DNA of 64,000 nt. Source: an uncultured Clostridia bacterium. GTDB lineage: Bacteria > Bacillota > Clostridia > TANB77 > CAG-508. Under the pieces are notes generated by a model that had not been told where the DNA came from, did no database searches, and worked only from the letters and a program-made list of their open reading frames with translations. The position numbers and the translations under genes are program-made. The DNA is taken from assembly GCA_934177725.1 (NCBI GenBank), contig CAKPPO010000005.1:94-64093 (forward strand). Direction: 5' to 3'. Positions 40,443-49,272 of the stretch are shown here, piece after piece. Each line of letters starts with the position of its first letter. Position 1 is the stretch's first letter.

Positions 40443-41558
40443 TTATAAATTTTCCAATATTTTTTTCTTTTCTTTTTCAAATTCTTCCTCAGTTATTATT
40501 CCTTGCTCTTTCATTAATTTTAACTTCATCAATTTGTTTTTGAATTCTGCCATTTCATCTCTTTTTTCATCATCTTTAGCCAAATTTACTGTTTCTTTTG
40601 CAGCTTCTCCTACTGCATTTCCTACTGTTCCTGCTATTCCTGTAGCAACTCCTAAGCCAATTCCCATATTAGCAAATTCGCCAACACCTTCATTTTCTGC
40701 CATTTTTTCAGTTGCATTATATAAACGTTCTTCTCTATATGTATAGCCTTCTATCTTTCGTTTTTCTGCTAATGCTTCTGCTTCAATTATTGTTTTTTGT
40801 TTTTCTGTTTCTTGGTCTATTAGTCCTACTTTTTGTCGCAAATTTGCTTCTGCGACATCTGAATATTGTCTTATATGTAGGTCTTTAAATTTTTCATATG
40901 CGACTTCTCCTTCTGGTTTTGCAATTGTTGTAACAAAGAAATGATTTAATTTTAAACCATACTCTTTAAAATCCTCTACTAAAGATTTGTGTAATTCTTC
41001 TGAAATTTCTCCCATGTGAGAATCTACTTCAAAAATACTAAAATCTGCTTCTTGCATTGTCTTTGCTATATAAGGCTTTATTTTTGCCATTAAAAATGCT
41101 CTAAATTTTTGAACTAATGCTGTTTGTGTAAGTTCTGTTTCAGTACCAACTACTTTTATAAGCAATTTTCTTGAATCCTCAACACTTATAACCATCTCTC
41201 CACTTGCACCAATATTTAGTGGAAATTGATATTTTGGTTCAACATATTGTACTTGAGAATCTGTTCCCCATTTTATATTCATTTGTTCTGTTTTATTTAT
41301 AAAATAAATTTCACAATGATATGGTGTTTCTCCTCCTGTTGCTTTTTTAAAAAATCTACTTAAAAGAGGCATATTTTGTGTTTCTAGAGTATATCTTCCA
41401 GCTTCAAATAAATCAAGTGCTTGTCCATTCATAAAAAACACTGCTTCTTGTGATTCATGAACTATTAGCTGTGCTCCTGTTTTAAAGTCTTCTATTGGCG
41501 ATTTCCATATAAATGTAGTATTATCACCCTCATATTTTATAACTTGTGTTAGTGACAT
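40443..41558 (-). CDS. SPFH/band-7-like protein (YdjI / virion-core-like) with a C-terminal SHOCT motif
   Basis: The N-terminus IKYEGDNTTFIWKSPIEDFKTGAQLIVHESQEAVFFMNGQ is typical of this SPFH subgroup. Also has a Gly-rich segment and the tail EQGIITEEEFEKEKKKIL. Confidence 0.75.
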   Translation of the reverse strand: MSLTQVIKYEGDNTTFIWKSPIEDFKTGAQLIVHESQEAVFFMNGQALDLFEAGRYTLETQNMPLLSRFFKKATGGETPYHCEIYFINKTEQMNIKWGTDSQVQYVEPKYQFPLNIGASGEMVISVEDSRKLLIKVVGTETELTQTALVQKFRAFLMAKIKPYIAKTMQEADFSIFEVDSHMGEISEELHKSLVEDFKEYGLKLNHFFVTTIAKPEGEVAYEKFKDLHIRQYSDVAEANLRQKVGLIDQETEKQKTIIEAEALAEKRKIEGYTYREERLYNATEKMAENEGVGEFANMGIGLGVATGIAGTVGNAVGEAAKETVNLAKDDEKRDEMAEFKNKLMKLKLMKEQGIITEEEFEKEKKKILENL

Positions 41559-41783
41559 TGTTTTCCCTCCTATATTTCTTTTTAATTATTTTATATTACT
41601 TTTAGTCAAAAATCAACAATTCTTCCTTTATAATGACAAAAAATTTCATTATATTCAATTCCTTAGTATAACGCAGCATTGACGCTTAAAATAATCATTA
41701 TTATTACATTTTAAATTTTATCTTTTCTATTTTCTTTTTCCTTATAAAGTAGTATAATGCATATACTATAAAAGGAGATAAAA

Positions 41784-42641
41784 ATGGATAGATATAATGT
41801 TACAAAAAAAGCTGGATTGCTAGGTATACTTGGCAATTTGTTTTTATTAATTATAAAGGGAAGTATTGGTTTTATTTGCAATTCACAAGCTATGATAGCA
41901 GATGCTGCCAATAGTGCTGGTGATATTTTTGCCTCTATTATGACATGGGTAGGAAACAAAATAGCAAGTGAGCCACAAGACGACTCTCACAATTTTGGTC
42001 ATGGAAAAGCTGAATATATATTTTCACTTTTTATAAGTATTTCTATGATTGTTGTTGCTTTTAAACTTTTTTATGACTCAATTATGACTTTAATATACGG
42101 AAGTACTATTACTTTCTCTTGGTTTTTAGTTGTTGTTTGTATAATCACTATTTTAGTAAAATTTAGTTTGTTTATCTACACTAATAAACTTTGTAAAAAA
42201 TATAATAATATTTTGTTAGAAGCAAATAGTAAAGATCATAGAAATGATTGTATTGTTACAACATTTACTCTTATTTCAATTTTAGCTACTTTAGTTGGTA
42301 TAACCTTTTTAGATGGCATAGTTGGAACTGGAATTTCTATTTGGATTGCTATTACTGGTTTTAAGATATTTATAGAAAGCTATAACGTTTTAATGGATGA
42401 ATCTATAGATGAAGAAACAAAAGATTTGATTTTACGCTATGTTAAAAATTATAAAGAAATTCAGAAAATTGAACATATTTCTTCCGCTCCTGTTGGTTAC
42501 CAATATATTGTTGTTTTGACAATTTGTGTGGATGGTAATATGAGTACTTTTGAAAGCCATAAATTGGCTGATAATTTGGAAAAAGATATAACTTCTTTGG
42601 AAAAAGTCTATAATACTATAGTTCATGTAAATCCAATTTAG
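41784..42641 (+). CDS. cation diffusion facilitator family transporter
   Basis: NSQAMIADAANSAGD...DDSHNFGHGKAEY signature, six TM helices and a C-terminal cytoplasmic domain. Confidence 0.88.
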   Translation: MDRYNVTKKAGLLGILGNLFLLIIKGSIGFICNSQAMIADAANSAGDIFASIMTWVGNKIASEPQDDSHNFGHGKAEYIFSLFISISMIVVAFKLFYDSIMTLIYGSTITFSWFLVVVCIITILVKFSLFIYTNKLCKKYNNILLEANSKDHRNDCIVTTFTLISILATLVGITFLDGIVGTGISIWIAITGFKIFIESYNVLMDESIDEETKDLILRYVKNYKEIQKIEHISSAPVGYQYIVVLTICVDGNMSTFESHKLADNLEKDITSLEKVYNTIVHVNPI

Positions 42642-42647
42642 ATTTTT

Positions 42648-42677
42648 TAAATTTTAGGGACGGGCTTAAAAATTTAA
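42648..42677 (+). repeat. solo copy of the P1 30-mer
   Basis: Exact match to 10571-10600 (TAAATTTTAGGGACGGGCTTAAAAATTTAA), 7 nt after the CDF stop codon. Confidence 0.9.
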
Positions 42678-42688
42678 CTTCAAAAATA

Positions 42689-42717
42689 TTGACTAACAAA
42701 TTCTAGTGCTATATAAT
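42689..42717 (+). promoter_or_regulatory. sigma-A promoter TTGACT-17-TATAAT
   Basis: TTGACT at 42689-42694 and TATAAT at 42712-42717, 34 nt upstream of ATG 42751. Confidence 0.5.
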
Positions 42718-42750
42718 CAAATCAATAAAATTGTTGTAGGAGGTATTCTT

Positions 42751-43044
42751 ATGGAACATGTAGTAACTTACACAGATATTCCTACTATTTTAAGCATAAA
42801 AATTAATGAAAGCATTGGATACGTTAATAATGTCTACTTTCGGATAAATGACATTGTAATTGGAAATTTGGAATGGTCTGGAAGAGCTATATTAAGGAAT
42901 GGTACTCGTTATAGTATTTTTTCTACTAACTACACTTTTCCTTATTGTTGTAGAAACCAACAGCTTCGTTATACTTATGAAGTAAATGGTTCTTTCCGTA
43001 TTACTGATCCAATTATATTCGATGTTGAAAATTTTTATTGCTAA
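42751..43044 (+). CDS. hypothetical 97-aa protein
   Basis: ATG 42751 follows GGAGG. The longer ORF-track start has no RBS. No recognisable motif. Confidence 0.5.
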   Translation: MEHVVTYTDIPTILSIKINESIGYVNNVYFRINDIVIGNLEWSGRAILRNGTRYSIFSTNYTFPYCCRNQQLRYTYEVNGSFRITDPIIFDVENFYC

Positions 43045-43050
43045 AAAATA

Positions 43051-43094
43051 AAAATGCATAGAAGTTTACAATTGTAATCTTCTATGCATTTTTT
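43051..43094. terminator. bidirectional terminator
   Basis: AAAAATGCATAGAAG-14 nt-CTTCTATGCATTTTTT. Confidence 0.6.
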
Positions 43095-43185
43095 ATATAG
43101 TAAGAAATTTCTGTACTAGATAAATATGGCAAGCCTTAGATTTTCTTAAAATTTATATTTGTTAAAAAATCTTAGGTTTGCTTTT
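43095..43185 (-). repeat. R-element copy 3 (hairpin 1 plus linker, hairpin 2 absent), directly after the clpC stop
   Basis: Minus strand reads GCAAACCTAAGATTTTT-loop-GAAAATCTAAGGCTTGC CATATTTATCTAGTACAGAAA. It is near-identical (two loop mismatches) to copy 2 from the loop segment into the linker. Confidence 0.6.
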
Positions 43186-45639
43186 TTATTTTATTTCAAT
43201 CTCGCCATCTTTATTTAATCCTATTTTTACTTCCTTATCCTTTAAAATTTTTCCATCTAATATAGCTTCAGCAATCTTATCCTCTAACAAGTTTTGTATT
43301 GTCCTTTTTAGTGGTCTTGCTCCATAATTTGCATCTATACCTTTTTCAATTATTTTGTCTTTTACAGCATCTTCTATTTTTATTTTAATATTTTGTACTT
43401 CCATACGTTTTATTACTTGTTTTAGCATAATATCTACTATTTGTCTCATTTCTTCTTTTTGTAATTTATGGAATACAATAATTTCATCTATACGATTAAT
43501 AAATTCTGGTTTGAATTCCTTTTTTAATTCTGCAAGAACATCTTTTTTAATGTCTTCATATTCTTTTTTATCTTCTTTATTTTCTTCTTTAGAAGTAAAT
43601 CCTAATGTTTTCTTATCTGTAATTAATCTTGCTCCTATGTTTGAAGTCATTATTATTACTGTATTTTTGAAGTTAACTGTTCTACCATTACTATCTGTTA
43701 ATCTACCATCATCTAATATTTGTAAAAGCATATTCATTACATCTGGATGTGCCTTTTCTATTTCATCAAATAGTATAACAGAATATGGATTTCTACGTAT
43801 TTTCTCTGTTAATTGTCCTCCCTCTTCAAAACCTACATATCCTGGAGGTGAACCTATTAATTTTGAAACACTATGTCCTTCCATATATTCAGACATATCA
43901 ATTCTTATCATTGAATCTTCATTTCCAAATAAACTTTCTGCTAATGCTTTTGAAAGTTCTGTTTTACCTACACCTGTAGGACCTAAGAATAAGAATGAAC
44001 CTATTGGTCTGTTTGGATCTTTTAATCCAACTCTACCACGTCTTATTGCTTTTGCAACTGCCTCTACTGCTTCATTTTGACCAACTACTCTTTCATGTAA
44101 TGACTTTTCTAAGTTTCTTAATTTTTCGTTTTCATCTTGTGTCAATTTCTTTACTGGAATTCTAGTCCAGCTAGAAATTACTTCTGCAATATCTTCCTCT
44201 GTTAAAGTTATTACTTCTTTACTATTTTTGCTTTCCCATTTTTGTTTTTCTTTTTCTAACTTATCTTTTGCCTCGTGTTCTTTGTCCCTTAAAGTTGCAG
44301 CTTTTTCGAAATCTTGACTTCTAACTGCTTCCTCTTTTTCTTTACTTATTGCACTAATTTCCTCTTCTAATTTTTTCAAACTATCTGGCACTGTATATGC
44401 TCTCATTCTTACTTTTGATGCTGCTTCATCTATAAGATCTATTGCTTTATCTGGCAAAAATCTATCATTAATATATCTTACAGATAAATCAACTGCTGCT
44501 TTCATAGCTTCCTCTGTAATTTTTACATTATGATGTGCTTCATATTTATCTTTTATTCCTTCTAGTATTTTTAAAGTATCTTCTGATGATGGTTCTGTAA
44601 CTGTTACAGGGCTAAATCTTCTTTCTAATGCACTATCTTTTTCAATATATTTTCTATATTCATTTAATGTAGTTGCACCAATTAATTGAATTTCTCCTCT
44701 TGCTAATAATGGTTTTAATATATTTGCTGCATCTACTGCACCTTCTGCTGAACCTGCACCAACTATAGTATGAATTTCATCTATAAATAAAATAACATCT
44801 TTTGCTTTTTTTACTTCATTTAAGCATTTTTTTATTCTATCTTCGAAGTCTCCTCTATATTTTGCACCAGCTACCATGCTAGTAATATCAAGAGTTACTA
44901 CTCTTTTATCTTTTAAACTTTCTGGCACATCTCCTGCTACTATTTTTTGTGCTAGCCCTTCTACAACTGCTGTTTTACCAACACCTGGTTCACCTATTAA
45001 ACAAGGATTATTTTTCATTCTTCTAGAAAGTATTTGTATAACTCTTTCTATTTCATTTTTTCTACCAATAACAGGATCTAATTTTCCTTCTATTGCTCTT
45101 TTAGTTAAGTCTGTTCCATACTGATTCAAAGTTTGAGTTTGGTTATAACTTGCTCCTACTTTTGAATTTGTAGATTTTTTGTCTTCATTTAATATGCTTT
45201 CATCATCATTTAATACTTTTATTATTTCATTGTATAATTTTTGTGGATTTACATTTAAGTTTAATAATATACGAACTGCTACACTATCTCCTTCACGCAT
45301 AATTCCAATTAGTAAATGTTCTGTTCCTATAAAATCTGAACCTAATTTTTTTGCCTCTATAAATGCTGTTTCTATAACTCTTTTTGTTCTTGGTGTAAAT
45401 CCTAAAATTTCTTCTTCTCCTATTTCTTCGTTTTTACCAACTAAAGCATCTATTTGTTCTTCTATTTGCTCTGGCGTAATTCCTTGGTTTTCTAGGACTT
45501 TGCTTGCAACTCCAGAACCTTCTTTTAAAAGACCATATAACAAGTGTTCTGTTCCTATATAATTATGGCCAAATTCTAAAGCTATTCTGTTTGCATATTC
45601 AATTGCTTTTTCTGCTCTTTTTGTAAATTTATACATCAT
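43186..45639 (-). CDS. clpC: ATP-dependent Clp protease ATP-binding subunit ClpC
   Basis: Clp_N repeats, two Walker A motifs (GEPGVGKT, GPTGVGKT) and a UVR-like linker. Last gene of ctsR-mcsA-mcsB-clpC. Confidence 0.95.
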   Translation of the reverse strand: MMYKFTKRAEKAIEYANRIALEFGHNYIGTEHLLYGLLKEGSGVASKVLENQGITPEQIEEQIDALVGKNEEIGEEEILGFTPRTKRVIETAFIEAKKLGSDFIGTEHLLIGIMREGDSVAVRILLNLNVNPQKLYNEIIKVLNDDESILNEDKKSTNSKVGASYNQTQTLNQYGTDLTKRAIEGKLDPVIGRKNEIERVIQILSRRMKNNPCLIGEPGVGKTAVVEGLAQKIVAGDVPESLKDKRVVTLDITSMVAGAKYRGDFEDRIKKCLNEVKKAKDVILFIDEIHTIVGAGSAEGAVDAANILKPLLARGEIQLIGATTLNEYRKYIEKDSALERRFSPVTVTEPSSEDTLKILEGIKDKYEAHHNVKITEEAMKAAVDLSVRYINDRFLPDKAIDLIDEAASKVRMRAYTVPDSLKKLEEEISAISKEKEEAVRSQDFEKAATLRDKEHEAKDKLEKEKQKWESKNSKEVITLTEEDIAEVISSWTRIPVKKLTQDENEKLRNLEKSLHERVVGQNEAVEAVAKAIRRGRVGLKDPNRPIGSFLFLGPTGVGKTELSKALAESLFGNEDSMIRIDMSEYMEGHSVSKLIGSPPGYVGFEEGGQLTEKIRRNPYSVILFDEIEKAHPDVMNMLLQILDDGRLTDSNGRTVNFKNTVIIMTSNIGARLITDKKTLGFTSKEENKEDKKEYEDIKKDVLAELKKEFKPEFINRIDEIIVFHKLQKEEMRQIVDIMLKQVIKRMEVQNIKIKIEDAVKDKIIEKGIDANYGARPLKRTIQNLLEDKIAEAILDGKILKDKEVKIGLNKDGEIEIK

Positions 45640-45683
45640 TGTAATCACCTTCCTTAATTTGAAATTTTATAAAATATAATCTT

Positions 45684-46697
45684 CTATTTTTCATTAACTA
45701 ATTGTTTTATAACTTCTGCTCTTTTTATATCTCTTTGATTTGCGTCTAACACTTTTCCTAAATATTTTTGTAAATTTGCAGGTTTTGTATATAACATCAT
45801 CTTTTTTACTTTCGTATCATTTAATTCTGTTATAACACCTAAATCTGTACCTAATTTCACACTTGATATCAAATTACTACATTCATCTGAATCTAATTTT
45901 CTTGCATTTGTTAAAATACCATATGAACGATATACTTTATCTTCTAAATCCATTCCATTTTTAGCCAAATATTTTCTTGCTAAACGTTCTTGTTCCATTA
46001 CTTTTCTTGTTATATTTTCTAGGTTTGTAACTATTTCTTCCTCACTTATACCTAAAGTTTGAATATTAGAAATTTGGTAAATGTCGCCCTTACTTTGTGA
46101 ATCTTCACCATATAAACCACGGATTGTCATTCCAAAATTATTTACTATATGAAGTACCTTACTTAGGTTTCCTGTTATTTTTAGTGCTGGTAAATGTACC
46201 ATAACAGATGCTCTTAAACCTGTACCTACATTTGTTGGACAGGCTGTTAAAAATCCATACTCTTTTTTATAGCTAAATCCCAACAATTCATTTAATTTTT
46301 CATCTAGTTCAATTGCTAGATTCAATGTATCTTTAAGTTCTAATCCACTAGAAAATACTTGAATTCTCATGTGATCTTCTTCATTTAGCATAATGCAAAT
46401 ATTTTCTTCATCATTTATTAAAATTGCTTCTTCCTCTTTTGCAAGTGCCATTTCTGGACTTATAATATGTTTTTCTACTAAAGCCATTTTTGTAATATCA
46501 TCCATGTCTTTTAAATACATAAATTTAAGTCCATAGCCTATGCTAGGAGTTACAAATTTAATTTTTTCTAACATTTTTTCTCTATCTTGTTTTGTCATTC
46601 TTATTTTAAAAGGAAACTCTTTTATATTTCTTGCAAATCTAATGCGAGAACTAAGAATAACATCTGAATCTTTTCCATTTTCTAAATACCAATTCAT
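45684..46697 (-). CDS. mcsB: protein arginine kinase McsB
   Basis: Phosphagen-kinase-like core (NEEDHMRIQ, CPTNVGTGLRASVM) in the conserved operon position. Confidence 0.92.
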   Translation of the reverse strand: MNWYLENGKDSDVILSSRIRFARNIKEFPFKIRMTKQDREKMLEKIKFVTPSIGYGLKFMYLKDMDDITKMALVEKHIISPEMALAKEEEAILINDEENICIMLNEEDHMRIQVFSSGLELKDTLNLAIELDEKLNELLGFSYKKEYGFLTACPTNVGTGLRASVMVHLPALKITGNLSKVLHIVNNFGMTIRGLYGEDSQSKGDIYQISNIQTLGISEEEIVTNLENITRKVMEQERLARKYLAKNGMDLEDKVYRSYGILTNARKLDSDECSNLISSVKLGTDLGVITELNDTKVKKMMLYTKPANLQKYLGKVLDANQRDIKRAEVIKQLVNEK

Positions 46698-46767
46698 ATT
46701 TTCACCTACTTATTTATTATATTTTTTGTTTTATTGTTATCTCAAAATAACATAAGCATTTTATATT

Positions 46768-47331
46768 TTATTCATTATTTAATTTTTTTATTTCATCTCT
46801 TGTTTTTGCTGCATCTTCATATCTTTCTTCTTTTATCTCTTGTTTTAATCTATTCTGTAATTCTTTAACTTTTTCATCTTTTTCATTTGTTTTATCTTCT
46901 TTAATTACTTGTTCTTCTGCTTTTATACTATCGTTTTGTGTTTCATTAGTATTAAGCATTTTTGCTTTTCTTCCTACATGTCTATTTACTCCATGTATAT
47001 TTTTTAATAAGTTATCAATTTTATCTTCAAAAGTAGTGTAACATTCGTCACAACCAAACTTTCCATTTTTAATAAAATCTTCATAACTCATTTTACATTT
47101 ATCGCAAATAAGTTTTTCGTTTCTTGCTATACTTGGCATAAATAAACTTTCATCATCATCAAATATATCTTCCAAGAAATTTGAAAAATTAATTGGCATA
47201 TCAAAAGATATATTATTTATACCTAATTCATTTGCACATTTTTCGCATAAATTCATTTGTTTTTTTACGCCATTTGTAATTTGTGTATATTTAATATTTG
47301 CTTCATTGTTTCCACAATTTTCACATAACAT
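46768..47331 (-). CDS. mcsA: McsA (UvrB/C-motif protein, activator of McsB)
   Basis: Repeated CxxC zinc knuckles (CENCG, CEKC, CDKC, CDEC) and a C-terminal UVR motif EERYEDAAKTRDEIKKL. ATG 47331 is preferred. Confidence 0.88.
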   Translation of the reverse strand: MLCENCGNNEANIKYTQITNGVKKQMNLCEKCANELGINNISFDMPINFSNFLEDIFDDDESLFMPSIARNEKLICDKCKMSYEDFIKNGKFGCDECYTTFEDKIDNLLKNIHGVNRHVGRKAKMLNTNETQNDSIKAEEQVIKEDKTNEKDEKVKELQNRLKQEIKEERYEDAAKTRDEIKKLNNE

Positions 47332-47454
47332 GTTAATCAACTCCTTTATAATTTTTTATTTTTTTGTTTCATACTCTGTCCTAAATTGGTAACATATCAA
47401 AGTTTTTAACTGTTTCTTTCTGCACAAAAGTTACAATTTAACTTTTTCTAATTG

Positions 47455-47901
47455 CTACTCAATTAAATTTACTAACATATTTTTAAATATTCTCGCTCTT
47501 AATTCATCTCTAGTCGGTTGTTCTATTTTTAGTACATTATCACTTGTTGCTACTTTTAAAAGTTTTGCTTCAATAGTATTTACCATGTTGTATGATAAAA
47601 AGTTACTAATAAATATATCTACTTCTTGAGCTGTTAAAGAGTCTTCAATACTATTAATAATATGCATAAAATAATTGCTTTTAGTAATATTTACTTTCTT
47701 TATTTTTATAGAGCCTCCACCTCCACGTTTACTTTCTACATAATAACCTTGTGAAGGTTTAAATCTTGTTGCTATTACATAATTTATTTGAGATGGCACG
47801 CAATTAAATCTTTGTGCTAAATCATTTCTTTGTATTTCTACTAAATCATCTTCTTCAAATAAATCTTTTATAAAACCTTCTATCATATCTGACATTCTCA
47901 T
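47455..47901 (-). CDS. ctsR: class III stress gene repressor CtsR
   Basis: MSDMIEGFIKDL...RNDLAQRFNCVPSQINYVIATRF...GYYVESKRGGGG is the CtsR signature. Confidence 0.93.
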   Translation of the reverse strand: MRMSDMIEGFIKDLFEEDDLVEIQRNDLAQRFNCVPSQINYVIATRFKPSQGYYVESKRGGGGSIKIKKVNITKSNYFMHIINSIEDSLTAQEVDIFISNFLSYNMVNTIEAKLLKVATSDNVLKIEQPTRDELRARIFKNMLVNLIE

Positions 47902-47928
47902 TTTCTTACCACCTCTTATTTTTATCGT

Positions 47929-47952
47929 TTTTGACTTTGACTTTCTTTGACC
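47929..47952 (-). promoter_or_regulatory. CtsR operator (heptad repeats)
   Basis: Minus strand reads GGTCAAAgaaAGTCAAAGTCAAAA, immediately downstream of the -10 box. Confidence 0.8.
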
Positions 47953-47961
47953 TATAATATT

Positions 47962-47989
47962 ATTATAGCATCAAATTTTATAAAGTCAA
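47962..47989 (-). promoter_or_regulatory. sigma-A promoter of the ctsR operon (TTGACT-16-TATAAT)
   Basis: Minus strand reads TTGACTttataaaatttgatgcTATAAT. Confidence 0.6.
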
Positions 47990-48066
47990 CACTTTTTATT
48001 TACTTTTTTTATTTTTTATATTATAATTATTTTGCTTTACTATAATATTGTAAAGGAGGTATTAGT

Positions 48067-48174
48067 ATGGGAACAAGACACAACATTGTTCATGTTTCTC
48101 TTAAGAAACACAGCTGGTTCTCTATAGGCGGTTTCCATCCTGAAATTGATAAGGGTTTTCATCCTAATATTTGA
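48067..48174 (+). CDS. 35-aa His-rich peptide with a duplicated GFHPxI motif
   Basis: AAAGGAGG RBS 6 nt upstream and TATAAT at 48041-48046. Encodes MGTRHNIVHVSLKKHSWFSIGGFHPEIDKGFHPNI, followed by a strong terminator. Confidence 0.4.
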   Translation: MGTRHNIVHVSLKKHSWFSIGGFHPEIDKGFHPNI

Positions 48175-48217
48175 AGGCCTGACAAAGAATGTGGAAACTA
48201 AAAACTAAAACCGGACA

Positions 48218-48249
48218 GGAGCCTTGTTATTTAAGGCTCCTTCTTTTTT
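48218..48249. terminator. bidirectional terminator shared by two convergent small ORFs
   Basis: GGAGCCTT-gttattt-AAGGCTCC followed by TTCTTTTTT. Confidence 0.6.
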
Positions 48250-48389
48250 GTCATTTTGTCCATCTGATTTGCCTTATCTTTTTGTTTTTCTAATGTAAGC
48301 CATGCAAAATATGATGAGACAAACTCCCCATATTTTGTTGTGTCTTCATTATCAATTAAATTTTCTTCATCTTCTGATTTCAAGTTCAT
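48231..48389 (-). CDS. 52-aa acidic/basic hypothetical protein
   Basis: GAAAGGAA RBS. Encodes MNLKSEDEENLIDNEDTTKYGEFVSSYFAWLTLEKQKDKANQMDKMTKKKEP, with the stop codon inside the terminator stem. Confidence 0.35.
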   Translation of the reverse strand: MNLKSEDEENLIDNEDTTKYGEFVSSYFAWLTLEKQKDKANQMDKMTKKKEP

Positions 48390-48562
48390 AAAATTTTTTA
48401 TTCCTTTCTATTATCTTTTTGTAGCCAATTTATTTTATCCAATTTTAATGTTGTTTTATTCCTCCATATTTAATAATTATAGTGTGTATTTTTTTTATTT
48501 TTCTATTCTTAATTTTTAGTATATTATCTTTGTTTTTGCAAAAAATAAAAATCTCACATATA

Positions 48563-48757
48563 TTATGTGAGACTTTTATTTCTTCGTAACTCATTTAATT
48601 TTTCTTTAATTTTTTTTGAAGCTTCTTTGGTAGGAATATTTATATACATTCCATAGATTTCATGGAAACCCACCTTTGCATTCAAATTTTGTGCAAATTT
48701 TATTAATTCATCTTTTTGCATAGCATTTAAGCTGTTTCCCACAGAAATTACTTCCAT
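48563..48757 (-). CDS. hypothetical 64-aa protein
   Basis: ORF with GGAGG upstream (RC of 48765-48769). No motif recognised. Confidence 0.45.
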   Translation of the reverse strand: MEVISVGNSLNAMQKDELIKFAQNLNAKVGFHEIYGMYINIPTKEASKKIKEKLNELRRNKSLT

Positions 48758-48833
48758 AGTTTTTCCTCCATATAAAAAGCCAATTTATGGTTACATAATT
48801 ATTATAACACATTTTTTATCTTTTTTCTACATT

Positions 48834-48870
48834 TTTTACCAGTTTATTTTAATTTTTTTTGAACATTCTA
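48834..48870 (+). promoter_or_regulatory. forespore-type promoter candidate for SASP gene 1
   Basis: TTTTACCAGTTTATTTT...TTGAACATTCTA. GTTTA-17-CATTCTA has the same sequence and spacing as upstream of SASP gene 2. Confidence 0.45.
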
Positions 48871-48934
48871 TATATTGAAAAACATTAAACTGTTTTTTAA
48901 GAAAATTAAATTCTTATTTTAGGAGGTGAAAAAA

Positions 48935-49135
48935 ATGACAAACTCAAATTATAAAGTAGTTCCAGGAGCTAGCGAAGCTTTAAACAAATTCAAATATGAA
49001 GTAGCTTCAGAAGTTGGTGTAAACTTAAAACAAGGATACAATGGAGATATATCTGCAAGAGACGCTGGTAGAATCGGTGGAAACATGGTTAAAAAATTAA
49101 TAGAAACAGCTGAAAGACAAATGGCTAACAAATAG
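48935..49135 (+). CDS. alpha/beta-type small acid-soluble spore protein
   Basis: ...ALNKFKYEVASEVGV...ARDAGRIGGNMVKKLIE is the SASP signature. ATG 48935 follows AGGAGGTG. Confidence 0.93.
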   Translation: MTNSNYKVVPGASEALNKFKYEVASEVGVNLKQGYNGDISARDAGRIGGNMVKKLIETAERQMANK

Positions 49136-49272
49136 TTAATTTTATCAAATTTAAGTACAGGAGTTTATTTTTTGCCTTTATACATAAAGTTAAAGACAGG
49201 AAGTAAATTCCTGTCTTTTTATATAGTAGGTTATCAATATTCTATGATATAATTCAAATTTAAATTTGATAA

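Noticed and set aside
41711-41959. 82-aa minus-strand ORF overlapping the start of the CDF transporter gene
   Set aside because: It overlaps a confidently assigned gene and its promoter region, has no RBS, and its hydrophobic low-complexity translation is typical of antisense frames.
43355-44080. Long antisense ORFs inside well-supported genes. This one is in clpC. Others include 543-728, 9568-9951, 10827-11282, 20515-20916, 22678-23022, 25821-26357, 36153-36506, 36933-37301, 45179-45562, 51989-52273 and 62342-62626.
   Set aside because: They lie entirely opposite confidently identified genes. They have Ser/Phe/Leu/Ile-rich low-complexity translations typical of the reverse strand of AT-rich coding DNA, and they lack RBSs.
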